Positions 23,099 to 32,990 of a DNA stretch of 64,000 nucleotides are shown here, one piece after another (the first letter of the stretch is position 1; every line of letters starts with the position of its first letter). The notes under the pieces were generated by a model. That model was given only the letters and a program-made list of their open reading frames with translations, was not told the DNA's origin and searched no databases. The stretch comes from an uncultured delta proteobacterium (GTDB lineage: Bacteria > Myxococcota_A > Polyangia > Polyangiales > JAFGIB01): positions 1,632,001 to 1,696,000 of the forward strand of contig CAVZVA010000010.1 in NCBI GenBank assembly GCA_963778655.1, read 5' to 3'. The translations under genes and the position numbers were made by a program.

Positions 23099-24025
23099 AT
23101 GCACGACTTCGCTTCAGATCGCCCCACCTCGCGCCGCCACGCGGCGCGCTTGCCCGAGCGCCTTTGGCGTGGCGGGCTTGCCCTGGCTTTGCTGCTCGCG
23201 GCTGCCCGCGTCGCGCACGCACAGCCCGAGCCCCCGAAGGTGTTCGACGAGAAGGCCCCGTACAAGGCTCCCAACGAAGATGTGACCACGCTTGCGGCCT
23301 CGCTGGGCGGCACGCTCAACACCGGCAACACGCGCACCTGGCAGCTCAACCTCGGCAGCGATCTGCTGCTGGTGCGCATGCCCCACTCGCTCACGGCGAT
23401 GGTGGTCTTCGCCTACGGCCAGGCCGATCTGCCGAACGACAACCAGAAGAAGCTGCAGACCACGATCAAGAACCTACGCAGCAAGGCTCGCTACGACTTC
23501 TTCCTGACGCGCATGGACGCGCTGTTCGCCGCCGCGGCGTTTCGCTGGGACCAGCTCGCCGGGCTCGACGCGCGGGTCCAGGGCGAGCTCGGCTACTTGC
23601 GCTACTTCTACCGCAGCGAGAAGCACAGGTTCTGGGGTGAGGTCGGCTACGACCTGACCTATGACGATTACCATCCGCTGCCCAACCCCGACTACATGGT
23701 CGACGCGATGGGTAATCCAGTGGACCGGACCGTGCCCGAGCTCACATCCGGCGGAACCAAGGTCATCCACTCGGGCCGCGTGTTCGTCGGTTACGACAAT
23801 CGCCTGACCGAGGCGGTCACCTATCTGGGCGGCGTGGAAACCCTGCTCGACGTGGAGCAGGCGCGCAACGTGCGCCTCAACATCGACAATGCCGTGCGGT
23901 CCAAGCTCGGCGGCAACTTCCAGCTCGAGCTCAAGGTCAGCCTGCAATGGGCGAATGTGCCCGCCCCCGGCGCGCGCAAGCTGGACACGCAGAGCATGAT
24001 CAACCTCATCTACAACCTGATCTGA
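23099..24025 (+). CDS. DUF481-like outer membrane beta-barrel protein
   Basis: Signal peptide AHA-QPE, GGTLNTGNT, RYDFFL, beta-strand pattern, PGARKLDT near the C-terminus; GGAG RBS. Confidence 0.75.
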   Translation: MHDFASDRPTSRRHAARLPERLWRGGLALALLLAAARVAHAQPEPPKVFDEKAPYKAPNEDVTTLAASLGGTLNTGNTRTWQLNLGSDLLLVRMPHSLTAMVVFAYGQADLPNDNQKKLQTTIKNLRSKARYDFFLTRMDALFAAAAFRWDQLAGLDARVQGELGYLRYFYRSEKHRFWGEVGYDLTYDDYHPLPNPDYMVDAMGNPVDRTVPELTSGGTKVIHSGRVFVGYDNRLTEAVTYLGGVETLLDVEQARNVRLNIDNAVRSKLGGNFQLELKVSLQWANVPAPGARKLDTQSMINLIYNLI

Positions 24026-24151
24026 CCGACTCGGCACCCGCACGGCCGCGCAGCGCTCTACGCACGGAGGGCAGCGAGGCACGTGCTATCCCCAAATTAG
24101 GACGCCCGTGGTGCCGGTCGCATCCTGTCTCCGTTGGTGTAGGATGACTCC

Positions 24152-24871
24152 GTGATCGCGCTCGCCTACATGGCCGTGGTCTTCAAGCTGTGGATGTTGT
24201 TCGACGCCACGCGCCGGCGTGTGCATGCGTTGTGGTATCTCGCGCTGCTGGTGCCGCTGGGCGATGTGGTCTACTTCTTCGCCGTCAAGCTGCGCGACTT
24301 CAACGTCTATCCAGCCCGTCCCGCGGCGTCGCTGCAGCTGCTGGAAGTCGAGCGCGAGGCCGAGCAATCGCCCAGTTTTCGCAACCGCGTGCGGGCCGCG
24401 TGGGCGTTGCTCGAGCAGGAACGCCCCGAGCACGCGCAACGTTACTTCGAGCTGGCGCTCGGATCGCACCCCGACGACAAGGAGGCGTGCTTCGGGCTCG
24501 GGCTTTGTCAGCTCGGGCAAGGGCAGTGGGCTGCTACGGCCGCCACGCTTGGCCCGCTGGTGGAGCGTAGCCTTGCATTTCAGGACTACGAGGCGGCGCT
24601 CGCCCTGGCCGAGGCGGCGTTTCGCGACCGTCGCGCCGCGGCCAGCTACGCGCTGCTGCAGCGCGTGATCGACGACAGCCACCGGCTCGAGCACCGGCTG
24701 TTGCTGGCGCGCTACCAGCTGCGTGCGGGTGCGCGGTCCGAGGCGCTGGCCACGCTGCAGACCGCGTTGCACGCGTTCGAGGCCAAGCCGGAGCTCGAGC
24801 GCCGCCGCGAAGGTGCGATCGCGACCCAGGCTCGCAGCCTGCTGCGCACTCTCGAGCAGCAGCCTGGCTGA
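24152..24871 (+). CDS. Membrane-anchored TPR protein
   Basis: Two N-terminal hydrophobic segments (LVPLGDVVYFF) followed by TPR-like helices. Confidence 0.72.
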   Translation: MIALAYMAVVFKLWMLFDATRRRVHALWYLALLVPLGDVVYFFAVKLRDFNVYPARPAASLQLLEVEREAEQSPSFRNRVRAAWALLEQERPEHAQRYFELALGSHPDDKEACFGLGLCQLGQGQWAATAATLGPLVERSLAFQDYEAALALAEAAFRDRRAAASYALLQRVIDDSHRLEHRLLLARYQLRAGARSEALATLQTALHAFEAKPELERRREGAIATQARSLLRTLEQQPG

Positions 24872-24978
24872 GCGCGCAGGCCCAGCCACGCAAAACCCTG
24901 CCTATTGAAATCTGCGGGGGAAAGTGCGACACGGGCGCTCGTTGTTGAAGCGCCCGGGCGGCGCCGAAAGGAACGCGC

Positions 24979-27233
24979 ATGTCGTTGGCAAAGAGGCCGC
25001 TTGCCGCCGCTGCGGCGATCGCTTTCGTAGTTACGATCGGCTGGCTTCCCGACAACGCCGAAGGGCAAGGCTTTCAGGGCTCCGCGCAGTTTGGCGCGAC
25101 GACCGGATCAACACCGGCGGAAACCGGGCAGGCCGCGCCCACGCCGCCCCCCACGGCGACGGCCGCGCCAGCTCCAGCGCCCGCCGCGCCGGCTCCAGCG
25201 CCCATGCCCGCTGCGGCGCCCGTGCCCGCTGCGGCTCCAGCGCCTGCCGCGGCTCCCGCGGCCGCCGCCGCGGCTCCCGCCGCCGGCGCCGCGACTCCCG
25301 CGGCCGCCGCCGTCGGCGCCGCGGCTCCCGCGGCCGCCGCCCCTCCGCCTCCGACGGGCCGCGACGCTCAACCGTGGGACCTGACCCACCGCGCCTACAA
25401 CACCTGGGGCGGCAGCACCGGCGGCATCTTCATCGTGGACCCGGGCATGGCGGAGCCCGGCTCGGTGCGCGTCCAGCTCGGCCTGGATACCTATTCGGGC
25501 GGCAGCTTCCTCTACGACGGCGATAGCGTGGAGCAGGACCGCCAGGCGCTCTCGGTCAGCTGGACCGCGCTCGATCTGCTCGAGATCTACGCCGGGTTGC
25601 AGAACAGCGCCACGGTGGCGACCTTGCCCAAGCAGAACTCGCCCTACTCCTTCGGCGACGCGTCGCTCGGCGTGAAGCTGGTGGGACGGCCGGGCAGCCT
25701 GTGGCGCGTGGGCGGTGGGCTTGGCCTGCTGCTGCAAGGCGATGTCGCGGCCAAGAAGACCGTGTTCAACGCGACCAGCATCGACCTTTCGGGCGACGCC
25801 GCGCTCGACCTCCAGGGGCTCGACGAGCCCGTCCCCTTCATCGCGCGCTTCAACGTCGACTACTTGTTCGACAACAGCGCCAACGTGCTCGGCGACGTGG
25901 AGAAGGAGCGCTACGCGAGCCTGCTCAACCCGGCATTGATGCAGAACGAGACGCGCAACCTGATCACGCGCGTGGAGCGCTACGGCCTGGCCGTCAATCG
26001 GGTCGATATGTTCACGCTGGGTCTCGGCTTCGAGGTGCCGCTGCAGCTCGCCGACGACTTCTTCTTGCATCCTTTGCTCGACTACCGCTTCGGCATTCCG
26101 ATCAACCGCCAGGGCTACGACTGCGCCTACCACTCCAAGGATCGCACGCGCGGCACCAACTCGCCCAACGCCGACGACACCTGTCTGGACGACGCGGGCG
26201 CCAAGGCCTGGCCGATGAGCATCGCCTTCGGCGCGCGCATCGTGCCCCCGGTGCATGGCCTGTCGGCGTTGCTCGCCGCCGAGTTCGCGCTTTCTGGCAG
26301 CGACACCTTCGTGCGCGAGCTCGCACCCATCTCGCCCTTCCGCATCATCGTGGCGCTGGGCTTCGACTACGACGCGCGGCCGCCGCCTCCGCCCCCCCCG
26401 CCGCCTCCGCCCCGCCCCCGCCGCCTCCAGTGAAGGGCAGGCTGCTCGGTCACGTGGCCGACCAGGCCTCGGGCCAGCCGGTCGCGGGCGCGGTCGTGCG
26501 CATCGCCGCCTCCAGCCTGACGCCACTGGCGACCGATGAGGGCGGCAACTTCATCAGCTACGAGCTCGATCCGGGCGACTTCGAGCTCGAGATCAGCCAG
26601 CCCGAGTACGAGCCGCGTCGCTGTGCCGGCACCATCCCGCCGGCGGGCGGCGACGTCGCGATCAACTGCACCCTGGCGGAGCTGCCGATCACGGGCAGCG
26701 TCAAGGGCAGCGTGCACGACCAGTACGGCGCGAGCGTCGCGGGGGCCCGCATCCTGCTGACCGGTCCGACCGCGCAGAGCCTCACCACCGGTCCCAACGG
26801 CGAGTTCAGCGCCAGCGAGCTGATGCCGGGCGACTACAGCGCGCTGATCGAGTCCGACCCCTATTTCACGCGCACCGCCCACTTCAGCGTGCAGACCCGC
26901 CAGCAGACCGCGGTCGAGATCGCGCTGGTGTTGCGGCCGGCCAAGCCCAGCATTCAGCTCAAGGGCAAGGAGATCCGCTCCAAGGCGCTGACGTTCCCGC
27001 CGGACTCGGTGGAGCTCGGCCCGGGGGCCGCCCAGGCTGTGGCCGAGATCGCGGATCTGTTGCTGCGGACGCCGACCATGCGTGTTCGGATCCAGGGAGA
27101 CGGGGGTGACGCCCTGGCCCTGACCCGCGCGCTGGCGCTCAAGCAGCGTCTGGTAGAAGCCGGCGTGCCCGACGGGCGCATCGACGCTGCCAGCGAACCG
27201 GCCAAGAGCGTGACCATCACGGTCGAGGAGTGA
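24979..27233 (+). CDS. Outer membrane protein: beta-barrel, Pro linker, two carboxypeptidase-regulatory-like domains, degenerate OmpA-C domain; frameshift in C-runs at about 26392-26413
   Basis: ORF 24979-26433 (signal, Pro/Ala-rich region, barrel ending ALGFDYD) joins ORF 25701-27233 at the poly-Pro linker (PPPVKGRLLGHVADQASGQPVAGA...RALALKQRLVEAGVPDGRI). Confidence 0.72.
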
Positions 27234-27360
27234 GCCGCGCTACGTGGAGCCCGCTGCGCGCGGGCTGAGCGTCGTGGATAGCCCGGCGGGTCCTCGATTC
27301 GCTCGTGTCGCGTGCCCGGCTGGCTTGTCACGCCGGCCGGGAGTTGGCATGCTCCGCGCC

Positions 27361-27843
27361 ATGCGAGCTCGGCTCTTCCCGGTCACGGCCCTGACATGGG
27401 TCGCTCTTTGTCTGCCCCTGCTCTCCGCAGCGGGCTGTGCCTACGGCGAGGTCCGCCAGGTGATCCGCGCGCAGTTCGCCTCGGAGCTGAACTGTCCCGA
27501 GGTCACGCTGAAGCATCGCGCCCTGTGGTACGTGTCCGACAGTCCTGATCAGTACCTGGTCACCGGCTGCGGCGTGGTGCGCACCTACAGCTGTCCCAAC
27601 GTCTCGGGCCTGGTCTCGTACGACACGCCGCCTTGCACCTACGTCAACGGCAACGCCGACGCACCCAAGCGGGCTGTCCTGGCCCCCGAGGAGGACACGT
27701 CCGACACCAGCGGCGGCGCGGCGCCCGAGCCTGAGCCGGCGAAGAGCGACACGGCCACGAAGCCTGGCACGGCCGCTCCCGGGAAATCCAAGCCGGCCGA
27801 AGAGACGCCCGAGGCGACGCCAGGCGACGACGACGCGCTGTAG
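27361..27843 (+). CDS. Small Cys-containing lipoprotein, unknown function
   Basis: Lipobox AAGC, ASELNCPE, YLVTGCG; acidic/Pro-rich tail. Confidence 0.7.
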   Translation: MRARLFPVTALTWVALCLPLLSAAGCAYGEVRQVIRAQFASELNCPEVTLKHRALWYVSDSPDQYLVTGCGVVRTYSCPNVSGLVSYDTPPCTYVNGNADAPKRAVLAPEEDTSDTSGGAAPEPEPAKSDTATKPGTAAPGKSKPAEETPEATPGDDDAL

Positions 27844-27956
27844 GCCCCGGCTCACGCGCGCCGTGCTCGGCGCGCTCGTCCGTGGCGCGGCGCGCCGCCG
27901 GCTTGCCCTCGCGAGTTGATCGCGGCGTTCCGATCGATCACGGTGGAGCCAGGGCG

Positions 27957-28910
27957 ATGAGAACGAGCGACCAGACCCAGCACCGGCTCGAGCAGATCGT
28001 CGATCGGGTGGCGGCCAGCTATGCGCTGGGCCGCCCCATCGACAACCTGGAGAGCACCGCGCTGCCCAACAAGCGCAAGGTCGTCGACGCGATCGCGGAG
28101 CTCGAGCATGTGGCGTACATGGGGTTCTACTCCACGCGCGTGCTCAGCCCGATCAACCTGCGCCAGCACCTCGGCGAGCACCTGCACCGCGCCGCTGAGT
28201 GCCTGATCGAGCAGGTCGCGCGCGCGGTGAGCTACCAGCGCCACGGCGCCGGCTCGCCCGGCGCAGCCGAGCTCGCTTTCGGGGAGGAGGTGGTCATGGA
28301 CACCTTCGCCCAGATCCCGCGCTTGCGCGAGCAGCTCGCGCTCGACGTCGAAGCGGCTTATGGCGGCGACCCGGCGGCCAAGAGTATCGAAGAGGTGGTG
28401 TTCAGCTACCCTGCGATTCAGGCGATCACGATCTACCGGCTGGCCCACGAGCTGCACGTGCGCGGCGCGCCCATGGTGCCACGCATCATGGCCGAGCACG
28501 CACACGGCAGGACCGGCATCGAGATCCATCCCGGCGCGGTGATCGGGCGCAGCTTCTTCATCGACCACGGCACGGGGGTGGTGATCGGCGAGACCGCGGT
28601 GATCGGCGATAACGTCAAGCTCTACCAGGGCGTCACCCTGGGCGCGCTCTCGATCGCGCGCGACGAAGCCGGCGACGTGATCCGGGAGGTCCGCCGCCAT
28701 CCGACGATCGAAGACGACGTCACGATCTATGCCGGCGCCACCATCCTCGGCGGCGCCACGGTGATCGGGCGCGGCTCGGTGATCGGCTCCAACACCTGGA
28801 TCACCAAGTCGGTGCCGCCGGGCACCCGCGTCACCTATACCGCGATCGCCGAAAACGGCGACAGCCACCAGCGCTTCGAGACCACGCCCCCGCCCAAGGA
28901 TGGCGGGTGA
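27957..28910 (+). CDS. cysE: Serine O-acetyltransferase (long type)
   Basis: DVEAAYGGDPAA, YRLAHEL, TGIEIHPGAVIG, FFIDHGTGVVIGET, YQGVTLG, RHPTIED. Confidence 0.92.
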   Translation: MRTSDQTQHRLEQIVDRVAASYALGRPIDNLESTALPNKRKVVDAIAELEHVAYMGFYSTRVLSPINLRQHLGEHLHRAAECLIEQVARAVSYQRHGAGSPGAAELAFGEEVVMDTFAQIPRLREQLALDVEAAYGGDPAAKSIEEVVFSYPAIQAITIYRLAHELHVRGAPMVPRIMAEHAHGRTGIEIHPGAVIGRSFFIDHGTGVVIGETAVIGDNVKLYQGVTLGALSIARDEAGDVIREVRRHPTIEDDVTIYAGATILGGATVIGRGSVIGSNTWITKSVPPGTRVTYTAIAENGDSHQRFETTPPPKDGG

Positions 28911-28919
28911 GGACGTGAA

Positions 28920-29037
28920 ACAGGAAGTCGGGAACTCGGGAAGCCGGGCTGTTCGGCAATGGCCGCTCCCACACTGCTTGCGGCGAGCGTCCAGCTCTTG
29001 CTGAAGCGAAGCTCTTCCGGCCTTCCCGCCTTCCTGT
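28920..29037. repeat. Palindromic element family A, copy 1
   Basis: Arms acaggaagtcgggaactcgggaag (28920-28943) and cttccggccttcccgccttcctgt (29014-29037), between convergent genes. Confidence 0.8.
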
Positions 29038-29088
29038 GATCCGGAAGGCGATGCAACCCTCGAGACGGTAGGGTCCGGACGGTCATCG

Positions 29089-29796
29089 TCAGGCCTGGCC
29101 GCGGGCGCGGTGGGCGCGGCGGGCGGCCGACTTGCTGGCGCTGGCCTCGAGCGCGTCCAGGTCGCGCAGCAGCGCCTCGAGCGCGGCCAGCACGCGGCCG
29201 ACGCGGGCCTCGGTCAGGCCCTCGACCTCGGGCAGCAGGCCCTGCAGCTTGTGGGCCGCGGCGCGCGTCCTGCGCAGCTGCTCGAGGGCTTCGCTCTGCT
29301 CGGGCTTGGGGCGCAGCACCGGATCGAAGCGCTCGCGCAGCTCGCGCACGCTGTTGCCCTCGTCGAAGACCGCGCTGCGCAGCTGCTGCACCAGCTCGTC
29401 GGGGGCGTCCAGGCGTCGAAACGGTCCGGGCTTGTCCTCGCTGCCGAGCGCGCGGTTGAAGTAGTCGACCGCGTCGATCGACGGAATGTCGCGCGCCACG
29501 CCGTCGCGCTTGAGCACCTCGGGCGCGTGGCGCTCGACCGTGGACAGCGAGAGCAACAGCTTGTCGGCGGTGGCCGGTTTGATCGCGAGCTCCCTGGCGC
29601 AGTACTCGTGCAGGTCGCCGTAGCCCCAAGTCACGTAGGCCTGGTTCTTGTGCACACGCGCCAGCGCTTCGGCGAGCTCCACCCACGAACGCTTGAAGCG
29701 CTGCGCACGCTTGACCAGGTCGAGCCGCTCCGGGTCGTCACCGGTGCGTTCCAACATCTGCTCCAGCGCATCGAGCTTGCGGTTGCTCCGAGCCAT
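29089..29796 (-). CDS. Hypothetical helical protein
   Basis: 235-aa ORF with GC3-biased codons; motif WVELAEAL..YVTWGY..EYCARELAIKPATADKL. Confidence 0.75.
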   Translation of the reverse strand: MARSNRKLDALEQMLERTGDDPERLDLVKRAQRFKRSWVELAEALARVHKNQAYVTWGYGDLHEYCARELAIKPATADKLLLSLSTVERHAPEVLKRDGVARDIPSIDAVDYFNRALGSEDKPGPFRRLDAPDELVQQLRSAVFDEGNSVRELRERFDPVLRPKPEQSEALEQLRRTRAAAHKLQGLLPEVEGLTEARVGRVLAALEALLRDLDALEASASKSAARRAHRARGQA

Positions 29797-29805
29797 CGCG
29801 CGGCC

Positions 29806-30654
29806 TTATACCACGTCGCGCAGCAGCGCCTCGAGCCCGGCCCGCTGCTCGGCCGAAAGCGCCAGCGGTAGCGCGAGCAGCGCGGCGCTCAGCCGGCGAT
29901 AGAGCTCGCGCAGCTCGGGCGCGGGCGCGAGCGCGTGCAGGTGTAGCGCGACCGTGGGCGCGTCGCCGCGCGCGATCGGGCCGGTGAGCGCGGCCGCAAG
30001 CGGAAGCCGCTGCAGCGCCTCGGCCGCGCCCAGGGTCAGCGGCGCCAGCGCCTCGCGCGCCAGCGCCTCGGGCAGGCCCGACAGCGCCCAGGCCTGCGCC
30101 GCTGCGGCGTGCAGCGCCACCACGCAGTTGCTCGCGAGCACGGCGGCCGCGTGGTAGCTCGCGCGCTCGACCCCGTCGAGCGCCACGCTGCGCGCGCCGA
30201 GCCGTGCGCACAGCGCCTGCAGTCGAGCCTGCAGCGTGCTGTCCGCCTCGATGCCGCACACGATTCCGGCAAAGCGCGCGGGCTCGCCGAAGCGCTCGGG
30301 AAACGCCTGCAGCGGATGCAAGCAACCGCGCAGCCCGCCGGCCGCGCGTACCGGGTCCAGCACCTGCAGGCCGTGCGCGCCGCTGCAGTGCACCACCTGC
30401 TGGTCCGCCCGCCACGGCAGCCTGGCCGCCAGCGTCGCCAGCTGCGCGTCGGGAACGCACAGCCACACCAGCTCGCAGCGGGCGACCAGCGCCTCGGCGG
30501 CAAGCGGGCTTGCTCGCTGCAGGCGCCCCGCCAGGTCGGCCCCGCTCGGCGCGCCCGCGCTGGCCACGGCGTCGATGGGTTGGCCCGCGTGCTCGAGCGC
30601 GCGCGCGAGGCTGCTGCCCAGCCGCCCGGCCCCAATTATACCGACCCCCATCAT
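29806..30654 (-). CDS. Rossmann-like + DUF2520 oxidoreductase (PanG-like)
   Basis: VGIIGAGRLG, LCVPD, VVHCSGA, LHPLQAF, YHAAAVLASN, ALTGPIARGD. Confidence 0.88.
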   Translation of the reverse strand: MMGVGIIGAGRLGSSLARALEHAGQPIDAVASAGAPSGADLAGRLQRASPLAAEALVARCELVWLCVPDAQLATLAARLPWRADQQVVHCSGAHGLQVLDPVRAAGGLRGCLHPLQAFPERFGEPARFAGIVCGIEADSTLQARLQALCARLGARSVALDGVERASYHAAAVLASNCVVALHAAAAQAWALSGLPEALAREALAPLTLGAAEALQRLPLAAALTGPIARGDAPTVALHLHALAPAPELRELYRRLSAALLALPLALSAEQRAGLEALLRDVV

Positions 30655-30851
30655 GCCGGGTGCCTGGCTGTGCGTCCCATGGGGTCGCGTTGAAATGCTT
30701 GCGGATTTACCGGCGCGCACGATTTCGCGCGGGGATCCAGACGGCGACCTGCAGGACAACGAGATGTTTCCGAAAATTTACAGCCTTGTTGTTGATCAGC
30801 GGGAATCGCGTTCGCTATCCTGATCATCTCGCGAGCCCGCGCCTTCCCCTC

Positions 30852-31211
30852 ATGGCCATGCGACGTCTCAGCTCCTACCGCGTCTTCCTGACCCGCAATA
30901 CCGAGTACCACGTGCGCGGCCACGTGTGCTTCGGGATCCGCGACCGCCGCTCGGGCTGCTGGGCTCCCCAGCACTGGGCCCTCGGCAAGCCCTTGGCGAG
31001 CGCGTTTCCCGACGCGCAGGGCCGGATGTGCAGCATCAGCTCTCCGCAGCTGGGCGAGCCGCTATGGTTGCTGACCGAAAGCGGCCCGCACCGCACCTCG
31101 CCGCTGCTGGCGATCGAGGAGCGTGCGCACCTCGAGTCGGACGTGCTCGACCCGCGCCTGCGCGCAGCGGCACAGCAGCGTCCGGCCGACTCGATCCGCG
31201 ACACCTGGTAG
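30852..31211 (+). CDS. Small hypothetical protein
   Basis: 119-aa ORF divergent from the DUF2520 gene after an AT-richer spacer; VFLTRNTEYH..CFGIRDRRSG..TSPLLAIE. Confidence 0.65.
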   Translation: MAMRRLSSYRVFLTRNTEYHVRGHVCFGIRDRRSGCWAPQHWALGKPLASAFPDAQGRMCSISSPQLGEPLWLLTESGPHRTSPLLAIEERAHLESDVLDPRLRAAAQQRPADSIRDTW

Positions 31212-31248
31212 CCGGCCGGCCGCGAGCGCGCGGCGTCCCGGCTCACGA

Positions 31249-31917
31249 TCAGGGCGTCTTCTGCCCGGCAGGCGGCGTATGGCCCTCGCGCGCGTGCATG
31301 TGCTCGTGTCCTGGCGCGTGCTCGTGCTCGTGCATGTGCTCATGCTCGGCTGCGGCCTGGCTTCCCATGCTGCCTGCCGCGACCACGTCGATCTTGATGC
31401 TGGTCGCGAGCTGCGGCCCATACGAACGATGGATGCCGTCGGCCAGCTGCAGCTGCAGCGTGTGCGAGCCGGGCGTGAGCTCGAGCCTGGCCTCGCTCTG
31501 GCCTTTGCCGAAGTGCAGATGCTGCTCGTCCTTGGGCACGATGGTGCCGGCGGGTACGGGATCGGTGTCGATCAGGATGTGAAAGTGGCCGCTGCCGGCG
31601 TCGACCGGCCCCGCGGGCTTCACCGCGATGCCCTCGGCGGCCATCTTCACCGGCACGAATACCTTGCCGTTCTCCAGCGGCCCCTCGACCTTCTCGCCAT
31701 CCTTGGGCTCGACGAAGGACACCTTGGCGCCTGCGGGCACGGCCGGGAGCGCCGCCAGCGGCGCCGCGGGCGCGGGAGTTGCCGGCGCGGCGGCCGCCGG
31801 GCTCGGTACGGCGGGCGTCGCTGCAGGCTGCGCGCTGGGCGCGGGCTCGCTGGCCTTGTTGCCGCAGGCGCACGCGGCCATCACCACAAACCACAGCTGG
31901 ATCGGTCGTATCCTCAT
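31249..31917 (-). CDS. DUF4399-like lipoprotein with His-rich tail
   Basis: Lipobox ACAC, VSFVEPKDG, SGHFHILID, HLHFGKGQSE, LTPGSHTLQLQLADGIH; tail EHEHMHEHEHAPGHEHMH; GGAG RBS. Confidence 0.85.
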   Translation of the reverse strand: MRIRPIQLWFVVMAACACGNKASEPAPSAQPAATPAVPSPAAAAPATPAPAAPLAALPAVPAGAKVSFVEPKDGEKVEGPLENGKVFVPVKMAAEGIAVKPAGPVDAGSGHFHILIDTDPVPAGTIVPKDEQHLHFGKGQSEARLELTPGSHTLQLQLADGIHRSYGPQLATSIKIDVVAAGSMGSQAAAEHEHMHEHEHAPGHEHMHAREGHTPPAGQKTP

Positions 31918-32020
31918 GGCGGTCTCCTGTCCGTGTGCCCCTCGAAGCGGTCTCGGGTGTAGAGCCCCGGGCGACCGATGTCGAGGGCGGTCCGATCGGG
32001 AATCCCGTTTGGGGGAGTCA

Positions 32021-32077
32021 ACAGGAAGGTGGGAAGGGCGAAATTCAGCTGTGCTTCCCGTCTTCTCGCCTTGCCGT
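32021..32077. repeat. Palindromic element family A, copy 2 (degenerate)
   Basis: acaggaaggtgggaagg ... cttcccgtcttctcgccttgccgt. Confidence 0.65.
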
Positions 32078-32109
32078 GAAGCTTCGGTCCGCGCACCCCC
32101 ATACCTTCT

Positions 32110-32276
32110 AGAGCACCGAACCTATTGAAACGTGTGCGAAGTCGGGGTCATGGCGGGATGCAGGGTGCGGGCGGGAGCCCGAAGGCGTAGTCCATCCTAC
32201 GTCGAGCGGGGAGCGCGCGTGCCATGCGCCCGCGAGGGCCCCGAAATCGTGCGTGTTTCAATAGGTTCGGTGCTCT
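32110..32276. mobile_element. MITE-like element, 167 bp, with perfect 22-bp terminal inverted repeats
   Basis: agagcaccgaacctattgaaac (32110-32131) is the exact reverse complement of gtttcaataggttcggtgctct (32255-32276). Imperfect pairing extends to about 38 bp; no coding capacity. Confidence 0.75.
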
Positions 32277-32281
32277 GGGGT

Positions 32282-32980
32282 CTAGGGGCGGGATAGCGCG
32301 TCGCGCAGCCGTTGCAGGCGCGCCGCGCCCGCGACGTCGCCGCGCGCGCGCAGAGCGGCCAGCATGGGATCGAGCTGCGCCAGCGCCGCGAGCCCATAGG
32401 CTTCGCGGATCAATGCGCTCGACTCGCGGTATTCGGTCCTGTCGAAGCGGCTCGCGGTCAGAAGCAGATCCCGCAGCATGCTGGGATCGCCCTTGGCGCG
32501 CGTGTCGGCGTGATAGGCGATGCGGTACATGCGCACCGCGATGCCCCACCAATCGCGATTCACGGAATCCCAGGCCAACAGCAGCTGCGGTCGGGCGTCG
32601 TTCTTGTGCGCTTGCCCGTAGGCGTAGAGCTGCTTTTCCTGCGCCGTGTCGAGCCACTGGCCGGCCAGCACACGCGCGTGCGCGGCCTGCATGAAATCGG
32701 GCAGCGGCCCCGCGAACAGATCCACCGCCGGCTGCGCGGCAGGGGCCGCCGCAGTGGCCGCTGGCTGCACCGCCGGCGCGGCTCGCTGCGGCGAGGCCGC
32801 AGCGGCAGGCTCGCCGCTCGCATGCGGCCGCTCGCTGCTGCCGTCGTCGCCGCTGCCGCGACCGCTCCCGACCGCGCCCGGGGGACCGGACAGCATCCAG
32901 GCCATCATCGCCGCAAAGCCCAGGAGCACCGCGATCGCGAAGGCGAGCTTGCTGGTTTCACGAACCGCCACGCGTGCCAC
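32282..32980 (-). CDS. Membrane-anchored hypothetical protein
   Basis: N-terminal TM, Pro/Ala linker, helical C-terminal domain. Confidence 0.68.
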   Translation of the reverse strand: MARVAVRETSKLAFAIAVLLGFAAMMAWMLSGPPGAVGSGRGSGDDGSSERPHASGEPAAAASPQRAAPAVQPAATAAAPAAQPAVDLFAGPLPDFMQAAHARVLAGQWLDTAQEKQLYAYGQAHKNDARPQLLLAWDSVNRDWWGIAVRMYRIAYHADTRAKGDPSMLRDLLLTASRFDRTEYRESSALIREAYGLAALAQLDPMLAALRARGDVAGAARLQRLRDALSRP

Positions 32981-32990
32981 AGACGAAGTC

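Noticed and set aside
24979..27233. TraB kin-recognition protein
   Set aside because: No thrombospondin type 3 repeats and no adjacent traA-like gene.
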